64,000 bases of DNA from Acidobacteriota bacterium. GTDB lineage: Bacteria; Acidobacteriota; CAIWXX01. The position numbers were made by a program, and so were the translations under genes. Location: contig JBFMAF010000034.1 in NCBI GenBank assembly GCA_040755995.1, forward strand, positions 74,968 to 138,967, in the 5' to 3' direction. Position 1 is the first letter of the stretch. Each line of letters opens with the position of its first letter. This document shows, one piece after another, positions 17,998-28,386 of the stretch. The notes beneath the pieces are model-generated. The model ran no database searches. It saw only the letters and a list, made by a program, of their open reading frames with translations, and was not told where the DNA came from.

Positions 17998-19310
17998 TCA
18001 GTCGCTCTCATCCAACGCCGCCCTGACCTTGGCGGCCAGGTCCTGCGCCGAGAACGGTTCTTGAATGAATCTGCAGCCCTTATCCAGCACGCCCCGGTGC
18101 GCGATGATATCCGCCGTGTAACCCGACATGTACAAGCATTTCACCTCGGGGCAAAGGGTCTTCATCCGTTCTGCCAATTCCCGTCCGTTCATTACGGGCA
18201 GCACCACATCGGTGACCAGCAGGGCGAGCTGGCCGGCATGGGCCGCAGCCGATCGCAGGGCTTCGGAAGGGGTTTGGGCCGTCAGGACCCTATAGTTGAG
18301 CCCGGAGAGAATCCTGTCGGCCAGCTTCAAGATCGAGACCTCGTCCTCGACCACCAGCAACGTCTCGCCGAAGCCCTTTGCAGCTCTCCTAGCGGCCTGC
18401 TCGCGTTCTTCGGGGATATCCCCGATGTGCCTGGGCAGGTAGATCCTGAAAGTCGTGCCTTGACCTGGTTCGCTCGCAACGCTAATGAAGCCTTCGTTCT
18501 GCTTGACGATGCCGTAGACGGTGGCCAGGCCCAGGCCGGTCCCCTTGTACTTCTCTTTGGTGGTGAAGAAGGGCTCGAACAGGTGTTCGAGTATCTCCTT
18601 GTCCATGCCGCATCCGTCGTCGCTGAACGCCATCAGCACATACTGGCCGGGAACGAGCTCGGCGTGGTCGGCGCAGTCTGCTTCATCGACCACTACGATT
18701 CCCGTCTCGATGGTGACCTTGCCTACTCCGGTGATGGCGTCTCTGGCGTTGACCGCCAGGTTGGCCAGGATCTGGTCGATCTGGGAGGGATCCATCCTCA
18801 CCATGCACCTTTCATGCGCCGGCCTCCAATCCAGATCGACATCCTCGCCGATGAGCCTGCGGAGCATCTTGAGGATACCCGATACGCTGTCGTTCAGATC
18901 GAGCACTCTCGGGCTTATGGGCTGCCTCCGCGCGAAGGCGGCAATTGGCGCGTGAGGTCCGCGGAGCGCTTCGCGGCGGACAGCACCTCCGTCAAACCTG
19001 TGGAGATCGGGCTCTCTGGAGGCAGGTCTGCGAGAGCGAGCTCGGTATTCCCCAGGATCACTCCCAGCATGTTGTTGAAATCGTGGGCTACTCCGCCTGC
19101 AAGTCTTCCCACGGCCTCCATCTTCTGGGCCTGTCTGAGTTGCTCCTCCAGGTTCCTGCGCTCCTCCTCCGCCTGCTTGCGCTCGGTGATGTCCTGGGCA
19201 GCGGTGAGGGTGAATCTCTCCTTTCCGATTTCCACGGTATCTACGTTCACGTTGAAGACACGCACATCGCCGGACTTCGTCCGCAAGCGCAGCTCATAAT
19301 CCCGTATCAC
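17998..19310 (-). pseudogene. Hybrid sensor kinase (PAC-HisKA-HATPase-REC), 5'-truncated and frameshifted
   Basis: QAQKMEAVGRLAGGVAHDFNN; frameshift near 18941 (QL|AFARRQ); NLAVNARDA, FEPFFTTK, GTGLGL, VVEDE. Confidence 0.85.
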
Positions 19311-20047
19311 ACCACGCTTCTGAAACTCGGCCAGGTCAGGTCGAGACGCATCACAAGCCGGTCCGTGGCCCTCTCGGGTGAAATCCCGATGGACCTCGCC
19401 TGCTCTTGGAGCTTGGTGACGAACTCGCCACCGCCCTGCAGGTGAGGGTGTGGATGCCTGTCAACGATGCGGAATCCGAGCTTCTCCCAGAAAGTGTGCC
19501 CGGCGCTGCCCGTGACCTCGTAGATGAGGGGGAGGTCCTCAAATGACTCGGCCTCGATACATTCCCAGCCGTTTGTCTTGGCCCAATCAATCAGCGTCCT
19601 GACCATGCACGTGCCGACGCCCTTTCGCTGGTAAGCATTCTCCTTCTGCTGCGGCGAGCCTGCCATCAGGCAGTGAACTGCGAGCGTCCTGTCATCTATC
19701 TGCGCGGGGGCCGGGTAGCTGCTGTTGGCGAAATCCTCAGCGGGGCCGAAGGGATAGTCCTGTTGAAGGCAAAGACCGCCGGCACCATCCATGCTGCATA
19801 CAACCTTCGGGTAGAAACGAAGATGCCCCACGATTTCCTTGCCGTCGCGCGCCACCATGGCGCACACGCCGTAGGTCCTGGTCAGCTTCCTCAGAAGCGG
19901 CAAGTTCCGATCGCGGAAGCGCTCCCACGGTAGTTCGCTGTCGGGCGGCCACCGGTCGATGATGTCGCGGGAAAGCGGTCCACAGTGGAGACAGCGCCAC
20001 AGGATGAACTCCTCCGTCATCGGTTCAACCATGACGTCTTCAATCAT
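19307..20047 (-). CDS. GNAT-family N-acetyltransferase
   Basis: YQRKGVGTCMV acetyl-CoA motif A, FWEKLGF. Confidence 0.75.
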   Translation of the reverse strand: MIEDVMVEPMTEEFILWRCLHCGPLSRDIIDRWPPDSELPWERFRDRNLPLLRKLTRTYGVCAMVARDGKEIVGHLRFYPKVVCSMDGAGGLCLQQDYPFGPAEDFANSSYPAPAQIDDRTLAVHCLMAGSPQQKENAYQRKGVGTCMVRTLIDWAKTNGWECIEAESFEDLPLIYEVTGSAGHTFWEKLGFRIVDRHPHPHLQGGGEFVTKLQEQARSIGISPERATDRLVMRLDLTWPSFRSVV

Positions 20048-20191
20048 GGCACGCTCAGTCCAGGCCACCGCTGATGCCCACGCGCGGGTATCGCCTCGAC
20101 AGTGGGATCGCAACGTGGCTCAGCCGCACCGTGGTCATCCCCCAACCCTCCTTCTCCGTCGGCCGGTCGCCCAGCCGCTGCGCGCGGCGGC

Positions 20192-20503
20192 TCAGACCCG
20201 GGCTCTCCGCCTGGCGCTCCGTGCATGGCCGACGCTGGCTTCCATGTAGGCCCTGAGCAGTGAGTTGATGCGCGTCTGATAACCCGGCCCTTGGGATCGG
20301 AACCACTCCAGGATGTCATCATCCAGGCGGACTGTGAGCAGCGACTTGCGCCGGATCGGTTTCAGGCCGCGCCTGACCAAAGCGCGGGCGAACATCTCCG
20401 GTGTGATTTCAGGACTGTCAGACAGGTCGATATCCTCGTCTTTGGTTGCGTCCACACGTGCCCAATCAGTGCACGATTTGTTCGAAGTAGCTTTCTTCCT
20501 CAT
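20192..20503 (-). CDS. brnA: BrnA-family antitoxin
   Basis: TDWARV..D..DID.SD.PE, TVRLDDDILEWFRSQGPGYQTRINSLLRAYM. Confidence 0.92.
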   Translation of the reverse strand: MRKKATSNKSCTDWARVDATKDEDIDLSDSPEITPEMFARALVRRGLKPIRRKSLLTVRLDDDILEWFRSQGPGYQTRINSLLRAYMEASVGHARSARRRARV

Positions 20504-20741
20504 GTCTCATTGCCTTTCGGACCGAGATGATCCTGATCAGATCACCCTCCTCCGTGTGCGCGACCACGACGGGGCGCCCCTTGAGCAGGCCGACCGTCTG
20601 AAAGCGCCTCTCGTCATAGTCAAAGCGTGTGTCCTCGATTGTAGCCGTGATGCCCTCGAACACGTCCTCGATACCCACGAAATCAATCCCGTGCTTGCGG
20701 AGATTCGCCCGCCGCTTCTTCTCGTCCCATTCGAACCGCAC
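20466..20741 (-). CDS. brnT: BrnT-family toxin
   Basis: MRFEWDEKKRRANLRKHGIDF, YDERRF, IRIISVRKA. Confidence 0.93.
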   Translation of the reverse strand: MRFEWDEKKRRANLRKHGIDFVGIEDVFEGITATIEDTRFDYDERRFQTVGLLKGRPVVVAHTEEGDLIRIISVRKAMRHEEESYFEQIVH

Positions 20742-20747
20742 GCGATG

Positions 20748-20776
20748 ATTGTAACTACTGATCGTAATTACGTCAA
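20748..20776 (-). promoter_or_regulatory. sigma70 promoter of brnTA with operator palindromes
   Basis: Minus strand TTGACG-17 bp-TACAAT, 6 nt before the GTG; GTAATTAC and GTAACTAC boxes inside. Confidence 0.65.
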
Positions 20777-20962
20777 CGTGGCGCTGTCGGCGCTGACTGT
20801 GGACATGAGGACACTCCCCCGGGTTTGGGGTTTGTGCAACTCATCGGTTCTGCAAGAGAGCGCATTTGCGCGGCGATGGGCGCTACGCTTGTGGCCGCGC
20901 CCAGGCCACCCACCATGATAGCCGAAAGAACGAGCGATGGATGTGAGCGGATTGCATGCTGG

Positions 20963-22756
20963 TCATGCACCGTGGGCCAGGGCCCGAAACTCGGCAGACC
21001 TCTGCATGAGCTCATCCCATGTACCGCTGATTTCAATCCGGCCGGCTCGCAGGAAGACGATACGATCACAGTACTGCACGGTCTGCATGCGGTGTGCGAC
21101 CAGAAGTATGGTGGTGCGGCCGTGCAGGAAGCCTATGGCCTGCGCGACGGCCTGCTCGGTGCGGGTGTCCAGCGCGGAGGTGGCTTCATCGAATATGAGC
21201 AGCTCGGGGTCGCGATACACCGCCCGTGCAATCGCCACGCGCTGTCTTTCTCCGCCGGAGATCGTCACGCCGCGCTCGCCGAGCATCGTGTCCAGCCCTG
21301 CGGGGAGGCCGGCTACAAAATCCTCGAGCTGCGCCAGGCGGAGCGCCGCATTGACCTTTTCGTCCACGATGGAGCCATCCGGGACCCCGAACGCTATGTT
21401 TCGTCGCAGGGTATCGTGGGTAAGGTAGATGTTCTGGGGCACGTAGCCGATCTTCCGGCGCCAGGCCTCCGCCCTGTCGCTGATGTCCACGTCATCGACG
21501 GTAACTCGGCCCATGGAGGGCGGCAGCAGTCCGAGAATGATGTCGATGAGCGTGCTCTTGCCTGAACCCGTGGCGCCGACGATGGCAACCGATTCCCCCT
21601 TGGCCACGATGAGGTCCAGATCCTTCAAGACAGGTTCGGCCTCGGGTCCGTAAGCAAAGAAGACGCCCTCCACTGCAAGCCGGCGCTGAAAGGCGAGAGG
21701 CCTGTCGCGATCTGCTTCGCCGTGCGGGACGGCCACTGTGCCTATCAGGCGCATGTCTTCGTAGACCAGGTGGGCATCCGCCGCCCCGTACCGAATGTTG
21801 TTCCACTGGACGGCCATCCGGTTGAAAGAAGGAATGGCCCGGAATCCTGCATAGGCGAACAGGCCCAGCAGCGGAAGCACTTTTTGCCCGCCGCCGGCTT
21901 CCGCGCAGGTCATACCGACAACCAGCAGAGGGATGCAGACGAAAACCGTCTCGACTAGAAACCGTGGGGCAGCGTTGAGAGTGGCGTGCCACTTGCGTGT
22001 CTTCTCGAGGCGGAGCTGGAGCGACAAGAACATGTCGTACCAGTGGCGCTCGCCATCCATGGCCTTCAGTTCCCGGATGCCGCCGAGCGCCTGCTGCAGG
22101 GCCTCCCGGGACTCTACCGAGAGCTGGTGCTGCTCGGCACCGAGGCGGTAGAACCGTCTGTGAGTCCCGTACAGCAACGCTCCGAGCACAAGGCCGATCG
22201 CGGCCAGCGACACGAGCGTTGTCACCGGCGAAGCGAGAATCAGCACGGCGGCCATGCCCGCCAGAACCAGTATTTCGGATATGCATGAAACCGCCGATTC
22301 CAGCACCCTCCGTACGGCATCCTCCGTGCTTCGCACGACCTTGTGCGTGAGGCCTGCGGAACTGCGGCGAGAATGGAACGGCAACGGGGCACTCAGATAC
22401 TGCAACAGGAGACCGCTGGAGAGCGCGGCCACCGTCCTGCCTGTCACGGCGCTTCTGAGGTAGGTTGAACCGAGGAGGAAGAAGTTCTTGAATACGAAAA
22501 GACACGCGGCCGCGAGCGTGAACGAGAGGATGAGCCCGGTCGCGTCCCGGATGCCGAGCGCTGAGTACAGCATAGAGACGACGGGCATGCTGTAGGCGCT
22601 ACTCGGGCTGTCCATGATCCTTATAAGAGCAAAGACGGCCGCGGCGCCCAGGCTTTCGAGCACGGCCTCGACAAGCGAAAGGGGGATGAGGCCGAACCAC
22701 CCGAGCCGCATGCGCGGGCTCAGAAGGGACAGGAGCTTGCGTATACTTGCAAGCAT
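20963..22756 (-). CDS. ABC transporter, fused permease/ATPase (PglK/HetA-like glycan flippase)
   Basis: N-terminal TM domain, GATGSGKST, ISGGERQR, IFDEATSALD; divergent from the glycan cluster. Confidence 0.88.
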   Translation of the reverse strand: MLASIRKLLSLLSPRMRLGWFGLIPLSLVEAVLESLGAAAVFALIRIMDSPSSAYSMPVVSMLYSALGIRDATGLILSFTLAAACLFVFKNFFLLGSTYLRSAVTGRTVAALSSGLLLQYLSAPLPFHSRRSSAGLTHKVVRSTEDAVRRVLESAVSCISEILVLAGMAAVLILASPVTTLVSLAAIGLVLGALLYGTHRRFYRLGAEQHQLSVESREALQQALGGIRELKAMDGERHWYDMFLSLQLRLEKTRKWHATLNAAPRFLVETVFVCIPLLVVGMTCAEAGGGQKVLPLLGLFAYAGFRAIPSFNRMAVQWNNIRYGAADAHLVYEDMRLIGTVAVPHGEADRDRPLAFQRRLAVEGVFFAYGPEAEPVLKDLDLIVAKGESVAIVGATGSGKSTLIDIILGLLPPSMGRVTVDDVDISDRAEAWRRKIGYVPQNIYLTHDTLRRNIAFGVPDGSIVDEKVNAALRLAQLEDFVAGLPAGLDTMLGERGVTISGGERQRVAIARAVYRDPELLIFDEATSALDTRTEQAVAQAIGFLHGRTTILLVAHRMQTVQYCDRIVFLRAGRIEISGTWDELMQRSAEFRALAHGA

Positions 22757-23168
22757 TCTACTGCCTCCCCGGGATCAGGCTCTTGTGCACAGTCTCGGTC
22801 TTCTCTCCGAAAGCTGCCCGCGAAACAGCCGCTGCCAATTTGTACACCAGCAAGCCCAGAGCCTCGGATAGTGATGTTTCAACGGCAATGACGACGGGGT
22901 TGGCGCGGCACGGCGGCTGTCATGGGAACTCTTTCGCGAGACCGAATTCACTCATCCCGCATGCACTATAGGGCATCGTTGCACGTTCCGTCAACGTATG
23001 CGCAGACCCACCCGTCGAGCGTTCCGCACTTTGACAACCGGCCTACCTCAACATATATTCTCGCGGTGCCATGTTCTCATCGGCTTCCGCGTGACGAAGG
23101 CCGGGCATGGTCGACGATGGAGTTGCCCTAGCCCTTCGAGCCTAGTCGTGGATATCTACAGGACTGGA

Positions 23169-24422
23169 ATGAATCCGGGAACCTTCAATCTCGTAAACGG
23201 ATCATGCCATCGGCGCCAGGAGGAAATAGCCGCGGTCAAGAGATTCCTTGTCTCGAACAGATGGAGAGAGGAAGGCGGTGTCAATCAGGCGGACCTGGTC
23301 ATATTCTTTGCCTGCGGTGCGATGCGTCTCAATGTCGATGAAATGATGGTGAGCCTCACCGACGTCATTGGCAAGATGAAGAACGGCGCAGAGCTCGTCG
23401 TCGGCGGCTGTCTGCCCCGGACAGACAGCGAGAGGCTGAGCCAGGTCTTCACTGGAAAGACGATTACGTACGCCGATTACACCGCGCTCGACACGCTCCC
23501 CGGCGTCGAGAATCGGTTCGAGACACTGCCGAAGGTGTTCGGCAATGGCGCGTTCTGCCCGCCGCTCGTCAAGCCGGGCCTGCGCAAAGCGGGCGCTCTT
23601 CGCCTCGTCAGGCTCTCACTTGACCTCGCGCGTGTGTTGATGCGCCACCGGCCGACATCCATTCTGAGGAGAATCGCATCAAGGCTCAGGCAATACGAGC
23701 GCATGGTGATCAGCGTTGGGGCAGGCTGCTCTCGAACCTGCCCCTATTGTGCGAAGCGATTCGCCCTGGGCCCCGTGAGGAGCAAACCGGCAGAGAAAGT
23801 CATGCAGCGGATTGCGGCAGGGAGAATGCTGGGGTACCGGACCTTCGATCTCTTTGCCGATTCGATCGGAGACTACGGCCAGGATCTGGGCACCGACTTC
23901 GGAGCGCTCCTCGACAGCATCGCGGACTTCGAGGCAGCCGTCAGCGTCGGGATCTATGATCTACACCCCGAGGATTTCATCCGGTACTTCGACAGAATCC
24001 TCGGTTTGTGCAAAACGGACAGGTTGCATTACCTTTACGTAATCACGGAATCGGGAAACGCGCGGGTGCTGAGATCGATGCGTCGGGAGATCGACACCGT
24101 GGATCTCGCTCGAAAGCTTCAGGCAATTCGCGGCTACAAGAGCGTTTTCATGCAAACGGCGATCATTGTCGGCTATCCGGGCGAGACGGATGAGGAGTTC
24201 GACGACACGCTGGCGCTGCTCGGCGAAGTCAATTTCGACAATGTGTACGTGCATTGTTATTGCGATATGCCGAACACAGAGTCATCCCGGCTCGACGGCA
24301 AGATCTCCAAGGAGACCGTGTCGAGACGATTGCGCAGGATAGCCGCTGCCGGCATCAGGCACAGCGTTAGCGAGGCCAGGCGCGAGTGCGATCACTCGTT
24401 CCCATGGGGCTCGTTGGGCTGA
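23169..24422 (+). CDS. MiaB/RimO-like radical SAM protein 1 (UPF0004 + rSAM, no TRAM)
   Basis: SCHRRQEE, FACG, GGCLP; CSRTCPYC; ESGN, IIVGYPGETDEEF. Confidence 0.85.
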   Translation: MNPGTFNLVNGSCHRRQEEIAAVKRFLVSNRWREEGGVNQADLVIFFACGAMRLNVDEMMVSLTDVIGKMKNGAELVVGGCLPRTDSERLSQVFTGKTITYADYTALDTLPGVENRFETLPKVFGNGAFCPPLVKPGLRKAGALRLVRLSLDLARVLMRHRPTSILRRIASRLRQYERMVISVGAGCSRTCPYCAKRFALGPVRSKPAEKVMQRIAAGRMLGYRTFDLFADSIGDYGQDLGTDFGALLDSIADFEAAVSVGIYDLHPEDFIRYFDRILGLCKTDRLHYLYVITESGNARVLRSMRREIDTVDLARKLQAIRGYKSVFMQTAIIVGYPGETDEEFDDTLALLGEVNFDNVYVHCYCDMPNTESSRLDGKISKETVSRRLRRIAAAGIRHSVSEARRECDHSFPWGSLG

Positions 24423-24479
24423 TGAGGGCGTGGCGTTGAGGCTGGCACCGCCGATTCAACTATCTGCATCTAGAATCGC

Positions 24480-25718
24480 GTGAGATCGTTTCACTTCGTC
24501 GACAATTCGTGCTATCGCCGGCAGGAAGAGGTGTCAATGGTGCGCAGGTTCTTCCTGTCGAACGGATGGACGGAGTCAGCGACGGTGGAGAATGCCGACT
24601 GCGTGATCCTGTTCACCTGCGCGGAGATGCGTTACAAAGCGGCCAACATGATCGGAGAAGTGGAAAGGCTGTCGGCTCGGATCGGCCGTGATTCGGAGTT
24701 GATTGTGGGAAGCTGCCTGCCGAAGACCAACAAGGAAGCGCTGGCGAAGGTCTTCAGCGGGCGCACGATCACGCCGACCGATTTCAGCGCGCTCAACGCT
24801 CTTCCGCAGATCAAAGTCAAGATCGAGGACATGCCACCCGTCTTTGGTAGGAATGCGGCCTTCAGGCCGTTCCCTGCGCGGAATCGTTGGAGCAAGGGCA
24901 ACGCCATTCCGTACGGGATATCACGTTGGGCTTCCAGGCTTATGCTTCGCCACCTTCCATTCGACGGTCTGAAGGGCCTCGCGATAAAGCTCGGAAGAAC
25001 CAGGGCGATGCGAATCCATGTATCGGCGGGCTGTGCCAAGAACTGCTCTTACTGCGCGATTCATTTCGCGACCGGGCAGGTCAGGAGCAAACCGCTCGAA
25101 GTGATCATGCAGACTATCTCCGAGGGGCTCCGGCTGGGATACAGAACTTTCGATCTCATCTCCGACTCCATCGGCAGCTACGGCCTGGATCTCGGCACGG
25201 ACCTGGGCGAGCTATTCGATCGTGTTCTGGGACATCCGGATCGCTTCACGATCGGCATCGACGATCTACATCCACACGAGTTCATCAGGTACTTCGACGG
25301 GGTCTTCTCCCTGTGCAGCGCGGGCAAGATGTCGTACCTCTACGTGCCGGTTCAATCAGGCAATGAGCGGATACTGGGATTGATGAATCGCCGGTGCAAT
25401 GTGAAGGACCTGACGGACAAGCTCCTAATGATGAGGCACCTTGGAGATGTTTTCCTGGAGACGAGCGTCATCGTGGGATTTCCCGGGGAAACCGAGGCGG
25501 AATTCGACGACACGGTTCATTTCTTGAAGACGGTCGATTTCGACAACGTGTTCATACACTACTACTGCGACATGCCGAACACCACATCCTCGATCCTCCC
25601 CGACAAGACGGACAAGGCCACCATGGTGGAGCGATTGAACCGGATCAATCGTTCAGGCATCAGGCACTCTGTGGCGGCCACCCGCCACGAGTGGGACTGC
25701 AATCTGGCGCTTCCATGA
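24480..25718 (+). CDS. MiaB/RimO-like radical SAM protein 2
   Basis: SCYRRQEE, FTCA, GSCLP; CAKNCSYC; PVQSGN, VIVGFPGETEAEF. Confidence 0.87.
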   Translation: MRSFHFVDNSCYRRQEEVSMVRRFFLSNGWTESATVENADCVILFTCAEMRYKAANMIGEVERLSARIGRDSELIVGSCLPKTNKEALAKVFSGRTITPTDFSALNALPQIKVKIEDMPPVFGRNAAFRPFPARNRWSKGNAIPYGISRWASRLMLRHLPFDGLKGLAIKLGRTRAMRIHVSAGCAKNCSYCAIHFATGQVRSKPLEVIMQTISEGLRLGYRTFDLISDSIGSYGLDLGTDLGELFDRVLGHPDRFTIGIDDLHPHEFIRYFDGVFSLCSAGKMSYLYVPVQSGNERILGLMNRRCNVKDLTDKLLMMRHLGDVFLETSVIVGFPGETEAEFDDTVHFLKTVDFDNVFIHYYCDMPNTTSSILPDKTDKATMVERLNRINRSGIRHSVAATRHEWDCNLALP

Positions 25719-26980
25719 GCAAGAAGTTCCTCATCATCGGCAAGTCGTGCAGTCGGCGGCAGGAAGAAGTGTCCATGGTGAGGAGGTTTCTCCTGTCGAA
25801 CGACTGGAACGAAACCGGGCGACTGCAGAGAGCAGACCTGATTGTCTTCTTCGCCTGCGCCGGTGTCCGCTGCATCGTGAACGAGAACCTGGAGGAAATA
25901 GCAGAAACCCAGAAGAGAATGAAACCGGGCGCAGAGCTGATTGTCGGAAGCTGCCTGCCGAGAATGGACACCGAGAGTCTTCGAAGCGTCTTCAAAGGGA
26001 GAACCATCACCCCGACGGACTTCACGGCGTTGAACGATCTCCCCAATGTCCGGCTGCCTTTCGAAGCCATGCCCGCCATGTGGGGCAGGGATGCTGCGTG
26101 CATCCAGTTGAAACACCCCGGATCGATCGCTGCCTCACGAATGTGGATCGAGGACGCAGCATTCCAGTGCGTCAAGTTCATCATCGAAAAGCGGCCGGCC
26201 CCCTTCTTGAAGCGGACGGCCTTCTGGCTGAAGAGGCGCAACATCGTGAGCTTCTCTGTCGCCGCAGGCTGCTCGAGGAAATGCGCCTACTGTGCCAGGC
26301 CGTTCGCGAGCGGAAAGGTACGGAGCAAGCCGATCGAGGTGGTCGTGGAGAATATACGCAGAGGACTCAGCCTGGGCTACAGAAGCTACAACCTGTATGC
26401 CGACTCCATCGGCACCTACGGCTCTGATCTGGACGTCAGTCTCGGGGATCTGTTGGAGCGGATTCTGGGCATAGACGGGCGTTTCACAATCGGCCTGTAT
26501 GACGTACATGCGCAGGATTTCATCAGGTTCGTTCATCCGATCAAGCGCCTGTGTGAATCGGGAAAGCTCCATTACCTCTATGTGGGCGTCCAGTCTGGGA
26601 ACGAGCGCATCTTGAAACTGATGAGGCGGCCGTGCGACGTGGAGGACCTGGCGGCGAAACTGGCCGACATACGGCGCTTCGAGCACGTGTTCATGCAGTC
26701 GGCGATCATCGCAGGATTCCCAGGGGAGACCGACGACGAGTTCGAAGATACGCTTCGGCTGTTGAAGCGGGTCAACTTCGACAACGTCTTCGTTCATTGC
26801 TACTGCGACATGCCGAACACCGAAGCGTCCGGCATGCCGGCCAAGGTCGACAAGGATGCAGTGCGCGGGCGGCTCACCCGTGTCACACGCGCAGGCATCC
26901 ATCATGACGCAGCGGAGGCCCTGCAAGAGTGGGACGGCAACCCCGCTATTCACGATTATTTCGGACATCAGGCCCGATGA
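25715..26980 (+). CDS. MiaB/RimO-like radical SAM protein 3
   Basis: ATGA-coupled start MSKKFLIIG; SCSRRQEE, FACA, GSCLP; CSRKCAYC; VQSGN, IIAGFPGET. Confidence 0.87.
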   Translation: MSKKFLIIGKSCSRRQEEVSMVRRFLLSNDWNETGRLQRADLIVFFACAGVRCIVNENLEEIAETQKRMKPGAELIVGSCLPRMDTESLRSVFKGRTITPTDFTALNDLPNVRLPFEAMPAMWGRDAACIQLKHPGSIAASRMWIEDAAFQCVKFIIEKRPAPFLKRTAFWLKRRNIVSFSVAAGCSRKCAYCARPFASGKVRSKPIEVVVENIRRGLSLGYRSYNLYADSIGTYGSDLDVSLGDLLERILGIDGRFTIGLYDVHAQDFIRFVHPIKRLCESGKLHYLYVGVQSGNERILKLMRRPCDVEDLAAKLADIRRFEHVFMQSAIIAGFPGETDDEFEDTLRLLKRVNFDNVFVHCYCDMPNTEASGMPAKVDKDAVRGRLTRVTRAGIHHDAAEALQEWDGNPAIHDYFGHQAR

Positions 26981-28287
26981 GATCAATCAGGAGCAGGCCG
27001 GCACCGGCCGCGCCGATCTTGTCTGCTCCCGCTGATGCATCCACCCCTGTGAAGACCTTCACATTCGTCAACCAGTCGTGCCACCGGCGTCAGGAGGAAA
27101 TCGCCATGGTCAGGCGGTTTCTTCTTCTCAACGGCCTTGCCGAGGACTCGGATCTGACGAGAGCGGACCTGGTAATCCTCTTCACCTGCGCGTTCTGCCA
27201 GAGCAAAATCGCGGACATGTTGAATGAGATAGCGCGCATTCGTTCCGTCATCAGGGAAGGATGCGAGCTTGTCGTCGGAAGCTGTTTGCCAAAGACAGAC
27301 GGCGCCGGGCTGCGGAAGGTCTTCAGCGGAAAAACGATCACGCCTACCGATTTCAGCGCGCTCAACCGGCTCCCCGGGATCACCTCCGGAATCGAGGAGA
27401 TGCCGGAGGCGATCGGAAGGCAGGCTGCATGCGAGCCGCTCGTCATCCAACCACCCTCGAACACGGCCAGGGCTCGCTTGAAGGCACTTGCGCTGGGCGC
27501 TACCAGATCGCTGATGCGCACATGGCCGGCGCTGCCTCTCGAAAGAGTCGCTACCAGGCTCGAAACCGACCGGCGAATGGGAGTGTTTATCTCTTCAGGC
27601 TGCATGCGAAAGTGCTCGTATTGTGCGATCCGGTTCGCCACTGGGCAGCTCAGGAGTAAACCGCTGGACGTGGTCACTCGAGCGTTTTCCGAAGGGCTGG
27701 ATCGGGGATATCGCAAGTTTGAGCTGTATGCCGATTCAATCGGCGACTATGGGTTGGATATCGGCACGGACCTCGGCGAGCTGTTTGACTGGTTCTCGAA
27801 GAGCCATCGGGTCTTCAGCGTCGGAATCTATGATCTCCACCCGCAAGCGTTTCTGAAGTTCTTTGGAAAGCTCTTCTCACTCTGCAGGGCGGGCAGGATT
27901 CACTATCTCTATGTTCCCCTGCAATCGGGCAACGCAAGAATCTTGAAATTGATGAATCGCTCGTGCGATGTGAACGCTCTCTTGAGGAAGCTCCTGGAAG
28001 TGAGGAAACATCGTGGTGTGTTTCTTCAGACCAGCGTCATCGTGGGCTTCCCGACCGAAACAGACGCGGAATTCGAGGAGACGCTGGCTTTTCTAAGGGC
28101 AGTCCGGTTCAGCAATGTGTTTGTCCATTTCTACAGCGACATGCCCAATACGGAATCATCGAAACTGGCCGACAAGATAGACAGGGCGACCATGCTGCTG
28201 CGGCTGAAGCGACTGGGGAGAGCCGGTATCAATTATGACCCTGACATGGCCCGGCACGAGTGGGAAGCTACCCCCGCTCTTGGTTGA
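26977..28287 (+). CDS. MiaB/RimO-like radical SAM protein 4
   Basis: ATGA-coupled start; SCHRRQEE, FTCA, GSCLP; CMRKCSYC; PLQSGN, VIVGFPTET. Confidence 0.87.
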   Translation: MRSIRSRPAPAAPILSAPADASTPVKTFTFVNQSCHRRQEEIAMVRRFLLLNGLAEDSDLTRADLVILFTCAFCQSKIADMLNEIARIRSVIREGCELVVGSCLPKTDGAGLRKVFSGKTITPTDFSALNRLPGITSGIEEMPEAIGRQAACEPLVIQPPSNTARARLKALALGATRSLMRTWPALPLERVATRLETDRRMGVFISSGCMRKCSYCAIRFATGQLRSKPLDVVTRAFSEGLDRGYRKFELYADSIGDYGLDIGTDLGELFDWFSKSHRVFSVGIYDLHPQAFLKFFGKLFSLCRAGRIHYLYVPLQSGNARILKLMNRSCDVNALLRKLLEVRKHRGVFLQTSVIVGFPTETDAEFEETLAFLRAVRFSNVFVHFYSDMPNTESSKLADKIDRATMLLRLKRLGRAGINYDPDMARHEWEATPALG

Positions 28288-28386
28288 CCATGCATCGTGA
28301 TCTGCGCCCGAGCGCGGGAGTTGCGTCGTGAAGGCACCTGTCGCCGGCGAGCGACCTCTGCAACCAGGTCTGGCGCACGCACGCCA

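Noticed and set aside
20160..20235. attC-like palindrome after brnA (also 50040-50085 and 63207-63247)
   Set aside because: Lacks properly placed AAC/GTT cores or is too short
22757..23168. RiPP precursor peptide for the radical SAM cluster
   Set aside because: No convincing small ORF with RBS; the enzymes lack SPASM/RRE features and the ABC exporter has no peptidase domain
22998..23168. Longer N-termini given by the ORF track for radical SAM 1, 3 and 4
   Set aside because: Paralogue alignment and ATGA coupling support starts at 23169, 25715 and 26977
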